A stretch of DNA of 64,000 nt, taken from positions 46,314,001 through 46,378,000 of the forward strand of contig OX597822.1 of assembly GCA_951406725.2 (NCBI GenBank). Direction: 5' to 3'. The notes under the pieces are model-generated. The model worked only from the letters and a program-made list of their open reading frames with translations. It was not told where the DNA came from and made no database searches. Source of the DNA: Octopus vulgaris (taxonomy: Eukaryota). Positions 25,780-37,945 of this stretch are shown here, one piece after another. The stretch's first letter is position 1. Every line of letters starts with the position of its first letter. Position numbers and translations under genes: made by a program.

Positions 25780-26122
25780 TTTTTAGTGTTGGGCCTCATG
25801 GAGGCAATGACTGAGACCTTTGACATTTTGTTGTGCTTCAGAAGACCCATCAAGCTGGACAAAATCACAGTCATGGCAGATACCAATGTCGTACAAATTG
25901 GCACATAAATGCACCCTGGTGTCATGCAAATGGCACTCGCATCGGTGGCATGCAAAAGCACTCATTACACTTTTGGAGTGGTTGGTGTTAGGACGGGCAT
26001 CCAGTTGTAGAAACCATGCCAAATCAGACTGGAGTCTGGTGCAGCCTTACAGTTTGCCAGACCCGGTCAAGCCATCCATGTCAGCCCATGTCAGCATGGA
26101 AAATGGACAGTAAATGATGATG
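25780..26122 (+). mobile_element. RTE LINE 3'-UTR fragment hosting the inverted SINE pair (continues left at about 25190-25275)
   Basis: gggcctcatggaggcaatgactgagaccttt unit on both sides of the insertion; ends aaatgatgatga. Confidence 0.8.
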
Positions 26123-26124
26123 AG

Positions 26125-26159
<35 letters not shown>

Positions 26160-26529
26160 CACAATGTAAATCAGCAGGAAAGATTGAACATAGAACTGTG
26201 TGTGATAACATCATTTAGCAACAAGTGAGATTTGTCAATTTAAGCAAAAATAACAAACAGGCAGCTCACACAGAGCTGGATAAATATTGAACATCTGACA
26301 ATAAACTGTTCAAGAATACCTCACAAGCTCTGAACTGGCCATATAGAACTTCTTCAACTAGTCAACATGATTTTACAAAAGGACATAGTAACTTTATTGT
26401 TGGAACAAGATGCATGAAACTGTTAACACTGGATTTAGGACACACCTAAATTGCTTGCTTAGCTTTAAAATAGATCACAAGATTCTGTTATAAATAACTA
26501 AGCTAACCTTACAACAAAAGAACTTCCTG

Positions 26530-27480
26530 ATCTTGCATACCTGATCGAGTTGCTCTTAACAGATCACACTGAATTGGTCGAGTTGATTTTTACAGAAAAT
26601 ACTGAACTGGTCAAGTTGGTGATAGCAGATCACAGTGAATTGGTCAAGCTGATTTTTTGCAGATAACACTCAACTGGTCAAGTTGATTTTTAGCAGATCA
26701 CACTCAACTGGTCAAGTTGATTTTTAGCAGATCACACTCAACTGGTCAAGTTGGTTTTTAGCAGATCACACTCAACTGGTCAAGTTGGTTTTTAGCAGAT
26801 CACACTCAACTGGTCAAGTTGGTTTTTAGCAGATCACACTCAACTGGTCAAGTTGGTTTTTAGCAGATCACACTCAACTGGTCAAGTTGATTTTTAGCAG
26901 ATCACACTCAACTGGTCAAGTTGATTTTTAGCAGATCACACTCAACTGGTCAAGTTGATTTTTAGCAGATCACACTCAACTGGTCAAGTTGATTTTTAGC
27001 AGATCACACTCAACTGGTCAAGTTGATTTTTAGTAGATCACACTCAACTGGTCAAGTTGATTTTTAGCAGATCACACTCAACTGGTCAAGTTGATTTTTA
27101 GCAGATCACACTCAACTGGTCAAGGTGATTTTTAGCAGATCACACTCAACTGATCAAGTTGATCTTTACAGAACACAAAGAATTGTTCAACTTGTCATTC
27201 CAGAACACACTGAACTGGTCACGTTAATATTTACAAAACATACCGAATCAGTTAATATTTACAAAACACACAGAACTGGTCAAGATGACATTAAAGAATT
27301 GCCTAGTTAACTTGACCTTTACAAAACACACTGAACTGGTCAAGGTAACTTTACACTGAACTGGTCAGGCTGATCTTTACAGAACAAGCTGAACTGATCA
27401 ACTTAACTTTTATAGACAGTGGACTGTTCAACATGAGCTTTACAAAACACATTAACTTGGTTGAGTTGATCTTTACAATT
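26530..27480. repeat. 34-bp minisatellite, about 15 near-identical core units (about 26667-27170) with degenerate flanks
   Basis: Unit cactcaactggtcaagttgatttttagcagatca starts at 26701, 26735, 26769 and onward, with no spacers. Confidence 0.95.
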
Positions 27481-29761
27481 TCTAAGCATAATCTTAACAA
27501 ATCGCATCGAGCTGGTCAGATCCTACAGAATAAATTAACTAGTGAACTTGACAATAAAGGGATACATTAAGCCCATCCTAGTTGACCTTAGAATTGGACA
27601 AATTAAAGTGGGAAAGTGGATCTTATAGTCACTAGAGCTGCTAGAGACAACAACCAAATCTCCCTTAAATCATACCCTACTTTGGTTGTTTAACATCTTT
27701 TTTTCCTCCATGCTGGTATGGGTTCAACACAGACACCTTTGAGGCAATGTTTTACATTTGGAGGCCCTTTCTGTCACCAAAACCTTACTTGCTTTTTCTA
27801 GTGAAGATTTTTTTTTTTATTCTAATGGTCTACAAAAGCACAGAGCAATGAAAGACTTGTCCACAGGAAATGTAAACATCACATCACTGTTTAGCTCAGT
27901 CAGGTGGTAGCAAGTGAAGCCATGACAAGTCAACATCCAGATGCACAGATACATATAAATACATGTATACATATCATCATTTAACATCTGTTAAAATCGC
28001 ACCAAGTTCCATTATGTTTCGGTAAGGTTTCTACAGCTGGATGCCCTTCCTAATGCCAACCACTTTACATAGCACCATCACCAGTGCTTTTACATAGAAT
28101 CAGCACCAACAGGGTCTTCAAGTACTTTGTAAGAGATGCAGGCATGGCTTTGCTTCCCACCCACATGGTTTTAGGTTCAGTCCCACTGCATGGTACCTTA
28201 GACAGGTGTCTTCTATTATAGCCCTTGACCAACTGAAGCCTTGTGAGAGTGGATTTGGTAGATAGAAACTGGAAGACGCTCATCATGTGTGTGTGTGTGT
28301 GTGAATGTATGTTTGTAGCTGTTTTAGACATTGTATAATAGTTGTAAATGAATGCCAATCATTTCCAATGTTCTGTGAAATCATATCTCGCCATGAGAAA
28401 ACATTACCTTGCTTGGAAAGAAGGGTTAGCAATAGTAAGGGTACCCAGCTATAGAAAGTTTGCTTCAATAAACTCCAACCAACCCATGCAAGCATGAAAA
28501 ACTAGACAGCAAAATAATGATGATACACACTCAAATACATGATAGGCTTCCATACAGTTTCCATCTACCAATTCCAGTTATAAGGTAGGCCTAAGGCTAG
28601 CATAGAATATACTTGCCCAGGGTGTCATGTAGTGAGATTGAGCTCAAAATTATATGGTTATAATGTGAACTCCATATCCATACAGCCTTGACTGCACCAA
28701 GGGACAATGTAGTTCTGTATTTGAAGTCCTTCCAACCAGGCTGACCTTATGCCATATGCAAAAACCCCACCCCGACCATCACTCAAAACAAGCACTGCAA
28801 TCATTATGAGATAGGCACGCTACTGTAGAAGGCTTCTATAAGGCTGCTCAATTTAGCCCCAAGCAGACCAAAGCCTTGGGCCTGTCCTTACACTTCATTG
28901 CAACCTGCTTCTCTTTTTTTCCACACGAAATAGCCATGCATCTCCTCTACTGCAAGACACCTGTTTCTGTTCTTGTATCGTACCTTAGCCTCTCATCAGC
29001 TAATATAATGCTACATCCTTTAATACTACATACCCCATCTCTGTTGAGGGGGTCTTGTCTTGCGCATCACTTGGTGACCTAACTAGTGTTGGTGTCACAT
29101 AACAAGCACCCAGTACACGCTGTGAAATGGCTGCTGTTAAGGAGGGCATTCATCTGAAGAAACTATGTCTAAGTTGTCATTGGGAGCTTGGTGCGGTCCC
29201 TTGTCCATTGGTTCTTGTCAAAATGTTCAACCCATGCCAGCATGGAAAATAGATGTTAACCAATGATGGTGGTGTGTGTGCCCTTGTCTAGACATTATCA
29301 TCCTACAAATGAGGTTGTTTGTTTCTAATCTTCTGTGAAAAATATATCTGACAGTGGGGAAATATTACTTTGCTTGGAAACAGAAGATTGGCAACAGGAA
29401 GGGTATCCAGCCACAGAAAATCTGCCTCAATGAATTCCGTCTGACCCATGCAAACATGAGAAAGTGGATACTAAATACTGATGATGATGGTGACGATGAT
29501 GATACATTGTATAACATGGTTCCATATTTGCTGTCTTTGACCTTGATCAGAGCTAACCTGAGGTTAAACAACATCATTATCACCAATACCATCACCAAAA
29601 CATCAACAAAAAAGTTTTAACCAGATTATTGATCACTAATTCCAATCCAAGATACACTCACCTACCACCCATATCATTCATCATCATCATCATTTAATGT
29701 CCATTTTCCATGTTTATCTTAAATTTGGAAAGGATATATATTATTTAATGTCACCCCAGAT

Positions 29762-29942
29762 CATTGGTTCTCGACCTTTTTAATATCAGGGCTAGATCCA
29801 AAAACTGGTTTCTTTTTATAGGGGGCTACACCAGAAAAAGTAAAACACAAATCAATTAAAGAAAAATTTATTATATTTATAGAGGGAAGACTACTGAGGA
29901 CTGCTGAAAGGATGCTATCGGAGCCATGATTGAGAACCGCTG
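29762..29942. mobile_element. hAT (Charlie-like) MITE
   Basis: TIRs cattggttctcga / ttgagaaccgctg; 8-bp flanks ccccagat and ccctagat (7/8 match). Confidence 0.75.
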
Positions 29943-30254
29943 CCCTAGATACTGCTACCAGCACAAGGTTCGGTCCTAGTTGCAGTGTGGTGGCTTCTCT
30001 GCCTCAATATGATACAGCAGAGTGCAAAGTCCTATTGCCCCCGCCCCCCACACACACACCTGCTGGACAGGTCAAAGGACAGAGATCAGACTACCTCTTC
30101 ACTGAGGTAAAAATGGGTTTTGTGTAGGGCCAACATCCCTACTTAGAAGGAAAAATAGCAGTTACAGAAGCATTGATGACAGTTCTAAACCAACAAAATG
30201 TGGGAGAGGAAGACCTTCCCTCAGGGAAAGATGACACAGTGCAGCAAAATCTGA

Positions 30255-30555
30255 AATGAAACCAACATCCTGCATTACACGTTTGGCCTTAACCTGAAAC
30301 CCAAAGTGAAGGGGAAAAGAGGACAGTCCCAGAATAGCTGAAAGTGGGATATTGTGGCAGAGCTGAAAAAGCAGGGACTCAATTGGAGAAACCTGCAACT
30401 ACTGTGATGGGGAACCCTTAAAAATAGCTGGAGCAGGATACTGAGAGAGCTGAAAAAGCAAGGACCCAACTAAAGAGGAACAGAAAAAATGGCCCAAAGT
30501 TAAGAACAGTGGAGAAAAGCAATTAATGGCCTAGATTCCATATGGAGTTAAGAGC
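30255..30555 (+). mobile_element. 3' end of a second RTE-type LINE family, with internal duplication
   Basis: Peptide KPTSCITRLALT*NPK..GKRGQSQNS*KWDIVAELKKQGLNW resembles the RTE C-terminus (ALTWNPQGKRKRGRP); gagctgaaaaagca occurs twice. Confidence 0.6.
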
Positions 30556-31811
30556 TAAAGTATAAAAAAAGTGTAGATACCACTAAAAAGATACAAGATG
30601 GTCATGGAATGTTTTTGATTATAAATCTTCCCGTCAATCAGGGGATCTCCTGGGGTTAAACAACAACAACAACTAGACCCAAACAACAATGATATCATGA
30701 TGAACACAATTACTGTCACTACCATAGATGTCGTTACCAAGACATCCTAATAAACATCACTATCACCACCACCACTACTGCTGACAGCTATTACTACCCC
30801 CACCGACACTGCCATCATAACTACTACAGACATCACAACCACCAATGCAGACACCCTTGGTACAAAACACCACCACCACCACCACTAATATGACAGAGCT
30901 TTGTTCAAAGCAAACAATATTGTATGTGTGTGTGTGGAGATGTACTTATGTATCTGAGAGAGCGTGGGTGTGTACATGTATGAGCATGAGTGGACATGAG
31001 TATATGCATGAATATACATGCATTTGGACAGATGTGTGTGAGTGTGCACACATGTAAGAATGTGTGTGCTTGTGTATGTATCTTGAGAAAAAGTTAAGAA
31101 TTGCTCTAAGCTCTCTACACTCTAACCAAACCAGTGTAACAGAACGGACACATTGTGTGTGTGTGTGATTCTATGTGCCTCAAGTATGCATGCTTGTAAT
31201 TATATCAGTACATGTGTGAGCATGTATGTATATCCGTATGCATTTGTGTAAGCATAAATAGCAATGTTTGTCATCATCATCATTGTTTAATGTTTGTTTT
31301 CCATTCTGATATGGGTTGGATGGTTTGACAGGAGCTGGTAAGGAGGCCAGGGGAAGCACAAGGCTCCATTGCTTTTATGTGACACCAGCACAAGTGTATT
31401 CTACGTGGTACCAGCACCATTGCTTTTTATGCGGCACCAGTGATTTTTTACATGGCACCAGCACCAGTGCATTTTATGTAGAACCAGCAGCAGTGCATTT
31501 TGTGGCACCAGTGCTTTTACATTGCACCATCACCAATGCTTTTTTCTGTGGAACCAGCACCATTGCTTTTAATGTGACACCAACAATGACTGGGTTACCA
31601 AGTACCTTGAAAGACAAAAATTTTTCAACTGAGAAAGCAGGAATAGTATTGACAGGGTATGGATTTGTGCCGGTTGAGAGGTTTAAGGTATAGAGGGGAC
31701 AGATATGGGTGTTTTGCTGAAGAATAAATACATAATACATAGTGCATGCTTATATGTACGTTGGGTTTATATGCTTCTAAATGTATCAGTAAATGTGTGA
31801 GCATGTATATA

Positions 31812-32168
31812 TTCTTTGACTGCAGCCATGTTGGAGCACCACCTTTAGTCAAACGAATCAACCCTAGGACTCATTCTTCATAAGCCCAGTACTTATTCTA
31901 TCAAACCCTTTTGCCAAACCGCTAAGTTACGGGGGACGTAATCACACCAACATTGGTTGTCGCAATGGTGAGGGGACAAATACAGACACACAAACACATA
32001 TATATATATATATATATACTTCTTTCAGTTTCCATCTATCAAATTCCTGCGAGGTATCAGTCAGCCTGGGGCTATAGCAGAAAACAGTTGCCCAAAGTAA
32101 TGCATAGTGAAATTGAAATCAAAACCATGTGATTGACAAGTAAATTTCTTAACCATACACTCAAGCCT
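31812..32168 (-). mobile_element. tRNA-derived SINE family A
   Basis: Family blocks gccaaaccgctaagttacgggggacg and tctttcagtttccatcta. Confidence 0.8.
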
Positions 32169-32426
32169 ATGCATGTATACTCTTTACTCATTACTTTTTT
32201 ACTTGTTTCAGTCATTTGACGGCGGCCATGCTGGAGCACCGCCTTTAGTTGAGCAAATTGACCCCAGGACTTATTCTTTGTAAGCCTAGTACTTATTCTA
32301 CCGGTCTCTTTTGCCAAACCGCTAAGTTATGGGGACGTAAACACACCACCATCGGTTGTCAAGCGATGTTGGGGGACAAACACACAGACACACAAACATA
32401 TACACACACATACATATATATATATA

Positions 32427-34057
32427 CAGTTGCGGCCAAAATGTTCAGAACGGCATTGTTTTCGTCAGAAAAGTAGGTATAAGTTTTTATCAATGTCGTT
32501 TTATTTTCTATAATTTTCACAGACAATAAATACGATATTAATTATTATTGTCTGGGATTTTGGTGTAATTTGAGAGGATAATACAAAAGTTATGGATGAT
32601 TTAGTGATTTACTGCAAAGCCCATGGCGGCTAAAATGATCAAAACGGTTGAAAAAAAATAACAAAATAATCAAAAATGACAGAGAATACTGGAATTATTT
32701 AATATTTAGTGTGAAGCCCTTTAGCTTCAATCACACTTTGACATCTTCGACTGCATGAGGAAAATAAATTTTCAATTTCTTGCTGGGTGATCTTATTCCA
32801 TTCTTCCTGAAGGGCATTCCATAATTGCTCAGTTGTTTTAGGATTTCTGGCTTTCGAACATTTTCCTAGAATATTCCACACATTTTCAATAGGATTAAGA
32901 TCTGGGCTTTGAGCAGGCCAATCCATAACAATAACCTTTTCAGCCTTGAGAAAGTTCATGACCACCTTAGCCTTGTGACATGGGTCATTGTCCTGCATGA
33001 ATATGGGTGATCACTTGGTTGAATTTCTCAGCACAGGCAAGACATGATCTTTTACAAGTTGTTTATAAACTCCTGCATTTACCTTTCCATGTAATCGCAC
33101 CAAAGGGCATACACCATCTCCAGATATCATCCCCCAAACTATGACACTTCCTTCACCGAATTTAAAACTAGTCTTAAGGCATTTAGGCGACAATTTTTCA
33201 CCTACTTTTCTACGAACGTACCTTTTCCCATCTGAGCCAAATAACATAAACTTAGATTCATCACTGAAATGCACCGTTTGCCATTTTTCTTGAGACCACA
33301 ACACATGTTCGGTTGCAAAGATAAGACGACACTTTTTATTCTTGGAGATGATCAGTGGCTTCACTGCAGGTGCTCTTGCTTGTAGGTCATGTTCAACTAA
33401 ATGACGAGACACAGTTTTTCGAGATAAAGTTTTCTTCAGTACAATGCTCATTTCCCGAGAAACAGCAGCAGCAGTTTTAAATCTGTCCTTTTTAACCAAC
33501 TTTATCATAGCACGATCTTCTCTTTTGGTCGTTTTTCTTGGCCTACCTGTAGACTTTCTTGCCCTACACGAACTACAATCATCGTAGACCTTAAGAATAC
33601 CGTGAACAACACTTTTTCACTTGTTAACAATCTTTGCAATAGACCTAATACTTAAATTATCCTTCTTTTGAAGCTTAATAATCTGCTGACGAATTGGTAA
33701 CCGAGTAAGTGGCATTATATTAACAAAGTACACTGCAGATACTCTTACTAATGTTTAGTAAACGAACCGTTAGGTAAACAAATTCAAAACATTAGAGTTT
33801 ACCGGTTAAATATACTAAAACACGGAGTAAAAGCAACCGTTCTGATCATTTTGGCCGCCATGGGTTTTGCAGTAAATCACTAAATCATCCATAACTTTTG
33901 TACTATCCTCTCAAATTACACCAAAATCTCAGACAATAACAATTAATATCGTATTTATTGTCTGTGAAAATTATAGAAAATAAAACAACTTTGATAAAAA
34001 CTTATACCTACTTTTCTGACGAAAACAATGCCGTTCTGAAAATTTTGGCCGCAACTG
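32427..34057 (-). mobile_element. Full-length Tc1-like transposon, IR-DR type, 1631 bp
   Basis: TA flanks at 32425-26 and 34058-59; 224-bp TIRs (32427-32650, 33834-34057) starting CAGTTGCGGCC with 9 mismatches by eye; direct repeats at both ends of each TIR. Confidence 0.97.
32699..33715 (-). pseudogene. Tc1 DD34E transposase (338 codons) with two in-frame TGA stops and no frameshift
   Basis: ATG at 33715 (MPLTRLPIRQQ...), GRPRK motif, FSDES, QDND and SPDLNPIEN with 34 residues between D and E; stops at 33619-33617 and 33013-33011. Confidence 0.95.
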
Positions 34058-35211
34058 TATATACATATATATGATGGGCTTCTTTCAGTTTCCATCTACC
34101 AAATCCACTCACAAGACTTTGGTCGGCCCAAGGCTATAGTAGAAGACACTTGCCCAAGATGCCACGCAGTAGGACTGAACCCGGAACCATGTGGTTCGTA
34201 AGAAAGCTACTTACCACACAGCCACTCTTGTGCCTATGTGGTGTGATGGTGCTGTTGTATAAATCTGCATATAGATGTGGCAGTGCGATAAGAAATCTGT
34301 TTTTTCAACCACATGGTATCGGGTTCAGTCCTGCTGTGTGGCATCCTAGGCATATGTCTTCCACTATAGCCCCAGACCAACCAAAGCCCTGTGAGTAGAT
34401 TTGGTAGATGGAAACTGACAGAAGCCTATTGTGTGTGTGTGTGTGTGCATGTGCATGCATGTGTGTGTTATCATCTCCAAGCCTTGACAGCACATGATAG
34501 TTGTGTCACAGCCATACAAGTGGTGTCATTTGTTTTTCAGCTTCCATGAAACATGTCATTAAAACAATGATGATGATGTGTGTTTGTCTTAGACAGTAGG
34601 GTGTAGTTTGAGGAAGACTTGGTGGCTATTTCTTTGCGGTCAAGCAACCACACAATGACCCATATACTGGGTCATGATGCTGTGGCAGTAGCAGTGGTAA
34701 AGCCCTGCGTCAGTCTTAAGTAGATCTATGATCAGAATTATGATTAAACAGATCTGCAATCAAAGACACTCCAACAGAGACCAACCATCCTGCTATGAAC
34801 AATGCATAAAATACCTTGAAGACCAATGTGATCTTCCAAGCAGGTTGATGATGATGATGGTGGTGGTGGTGGTGACAATGGCAGCCATTAAGGTGGCAAC
34901 TGGAATGGTGAGGAAAATCATGGAATGGTAATAGCCTGAAGAAACTAAATGTCTTGCCCTTTAGCATTCAGATTACTCTGTCAAATGTAAGGCTTATTTA
35001 ATCATATTGTTTTGAATTAATGATGCATTATCTCATAGCTTTGAGGTTTCAATGATGTGATTGTTTATTTTTAGAATGGCATTGTAGGATGAGTGTGAGA
35101 GGCTGGATCTGGCTGGCTTAAACATAGAAAGAAAAGGTAGAAGCCAAAAAAGATTTTGTAAATAAGGCAAATAAGATGAGAGAAAAAGAAGAATACAGTT
35201 TTGGTACTTAC

Positions 35212-35291
35212 CTAATCAAAACGTTTGAGAATCAGCAAACATGTTGATTCCTCCAAGAACCATTGGAAGAGATCCACCAAGTTAAGTAAAC
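35212..35291 (-). other. Candidate 80-nt internal non-coding (5'-UTR) exon
   Basis: Acceptor catttccattccatttag| and donor TAG|GTAAGT bracket unique sequence; all three frames contain stops. Confidence 0.55.
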
Positions 35292-35365
35292 CTAAATGGA
35301 ATGGAAATGTAAATTATTAAAGAATAAAAGGAACAACACATAAGCATACAGACATACATGTAGAT

Positions 35366-36050
35366 ATCATCATCATCATCATCATCATTTAACGTCCGTC
35401 TTCCATGCTGGCTTGGGTGGGACAGTGCCACAAGAGCCAGCCAGGTCGAAGCCTGCCCCAGACTTCTGTGACTGTTTTGGAAGGATTTTTACAGTTGGAT
35501 GCCCTTCCTAACACCAATCACTCAGCAGAGTGGACTTAATGCTTTTTACATGGCACAAGCACTGGCGAGGTCAGTTTTGGCAAGGTTTTTACAGCTGGAT
35601 GCCCTTCCGAAACCCAACCACTCAGCAGAGTGGACTTAGTGCTTTTTTAATTGGCACAAGTATGGGCGAGATCAGTTTTGGTAAGGTTTTTCCAGCTGGA
35701 TGCCCTTCCAAACAGCAACCACTAAGCAGAGTGGATTTAGTGCGTTTTACATGGCACAAGCACAGGCAAGGTTAGTAGTGCTTTTTTACGTAGCACAAGC
35801 ACAGGCAAGGTTAGTAGTGCTTTTTTACGTGGCACAAGCATGGGTGAGGTCAGTTTTGGCAAGGTTTTTACAGCTAGATGCCCTTCTAACACAAGCCACT
35901 CAGCAGAGTGGACTTAATGCTTTTTATGTGGCACAAGCACAGACAAGGTCAGTTTTGGTAAGGTTTTTACAGCTGGATGCCCTTCATAACACCAACCACT
36001 TTACAGTGTGAAATGGGTGCTTTTTAAGTGGAACCTGCACTGACGGGGTT
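35366..36050 (-). mobile_element. RTE 3'-UTR fragment with tandem amplification of a unit of about 95 bp
   Basis: (CAT)n tail at left; cagctggatgcccttcc...cagcagagtggactt...ggcacaagcac repeats about five times. Confidence 0.8.
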
Positions 36051-36412
36051 TATACATTTATATCTGTATGCACAACTATGTCGCAAGATGTTTGCTTGGG
36101 TAAATGTCTTCCACTACAGCTTCAGGCTAACCAAAGCACCTTGTGAGTGGACTTGGCAAATGGAAACAGAAAGAAGACCTGTCATGTGTGTGTCTGTATT
36201 TGTTCCCTACTACCATTTGAGAACTAGTGTTAGTCCTCATAACTTAGTGGTTCAGCTGAAGAGACTAATAGTAATAGATACCGGACTTTTAAAAAGTAAG
36301 TACTGAGGTTGTTTTGTTAATCTAAAGTAAAATTCTTCAAGGTGATGCCCCAGCATGGCCACAATCTAATGACTGGAACAAGTAAAAGATACACATACAT
36401 GCATACAGACAT

Positions 36413-36790
36413 CATCATCATCATCATCATTTAGCGTCCGTTTTCCATGCTAGCATGGGTTGGACGGGTCAACTGGGGTCTGTGAAGCTGGAAGGCTTCG
36501 TCAGGCCCAGTCAGATCTGGCAGTGTTTCTACGGCTGGATGCCCTTCCTAACGCCAACCACTCCGCGAGTGTAGTGGGTGTTTTTTATGTGCCACCTGCA
36601 CAGGTGCCAGACAGAGCTGGCAAATGGCCACGAACGGATGGTGCTTTTACGTGTCACCGGCACGGGGCCAGGCGATGCTGGCAACGAACACGAACGGATG
36701 GTGCTTTTACGTGCCACCGACATGGGGCCAGACAGAGCTGGCAAACGGACAGTGCTTTTACGTGTCACCGGCACGGGGGCCAGGCGAGGC
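36413..36790 (-). mobile_element. RTE 3'-UTR fragment
   Basis: (CAT)n tail, tttccatgctagcatgggttggacgg and repeated ggtgcttttacgtg units. Confidence 0.85.
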
Positions 36791-36799
36791 TGATATTCT

Positions 36800-37105
36800 T
36801 TTATTCTCTTATTTGCTTCTGTCATTTGGCTGCGGCCATGCTGGACCACTGCCCTTAGTCAAACAAATCGACCCCAGGACTCTATCAGTCTCTTTTGCCA
36901 AACTGCTAAGTTACGGGAACAACACAAACACACACACATATAGACAGGCTTCTTTCAGTTTCCATCTACCAAATCCACTTACAAGGCTTTGGTCTGCCTG
37001 AGGCTATAGTAGAAGACACTTAGCCAAAGTGCCACACATTGGGACTGAACCTAGAACTGTGTAGTTGGTAAGCAAGCTACTTACCACACACCCACTCCTG
37101 CACCT
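36800..37105 (-). mobile_element. tRNA-derived SINE family A
   Basis: Family head and tail blocks present. Confidence 0.85.
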
Positions 37106-37161
37106 GTGTATATATAGATATTCACAGGCTTACAAAACATATATACATAAGCAAACACATG

Positions 37162-37202
<41 letters not shown>

Positions 37203-37369
37203 CATAGCCAATACACACATATATAGATGTGTGTGTGTGTGTGTGTGATGGGCCTCCTGTTGAAAACAACATGAGTGATCAGTAGTGACGGCAGAAGCAA
37301 CTCCAACAAACTTGAAGTAATAAGAAGAGGGCAACATTCAAACAAAAGATTCACTGAACTAGGTGGTAT

Positions 37370-37945
37370 GACATCACCCTCGTTGGAGATACACCCAGCA
37401 ACCATCACAGTTTGAGGGAACTAAGTTTTCATGATACATGGGACATCACATGGACTGTAGGTAAGCCACCTGTTGTTCTGGGTGTTGTGCGACTTGTCCT
37501 AACAGAAGCTCTTTCCATTTGAGAAAAATCAGATCATCCCCAGCTCAACAGGTTGCCTCAGTTTATTCAGGTGCTTCTCTGCCTTCGAGCAGTTCTCCTT
37601 GGTTGTCAGAATTTGTCCTTGCACCACTTATATCAGTGGTAGCAAAAGTCCTCAGTCAGGGCTAGCTTCATGGTGGTGACTCTAACACTCATCTCTCTTG
37701 TCAAAGTTCGGATTCCATTGTTTGGCTTTTCTACCACCTTGCTTTGTGGTTAAGAGTCAGAACGCCTACTGTATCCCTTCCTACTAGCCATGGCTTCATA
37801 GTCTCTGTTGCAGCTGTCCATGCCACATCTTAGAGCTTTCACAGAGCATTGAGCAGAAGTCATGTCAACATTTTCATACCCAGTGCAAATCATTGTGATA
37901 CAAGTAAATCTTTTCCAATATTCAGATGGTTTCCAGTCCTCCATA
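37370..37945 (-). mobile_element. maT/DD37D-type transposase remnant
   Basis: MEDWKPSEYWKR...DYEAMASRKGYSRRSD N-terminus and QNNRWL...MKT*FPQTVMVAGCISNEGDVIPP, homologous to the remnant at 45150-45875. Confidence 0.75.

Larger units (their letters stand above)
32195..34233 (-). mobile_element. SINE family A interrupted by the Tc1 element
   Basis: 3' half at 32195-32426 and 5' half at 34058-34233 rejoin across the internal (TA)n tract. Confidence 0.9.

Noticed and set aside
26667-27170. CRISPR-like array of 34-bp palindromic repeats
   Set aside because: Units are contiguous with no unique spacers, there are no cas genes, and the context is eukaryotic.
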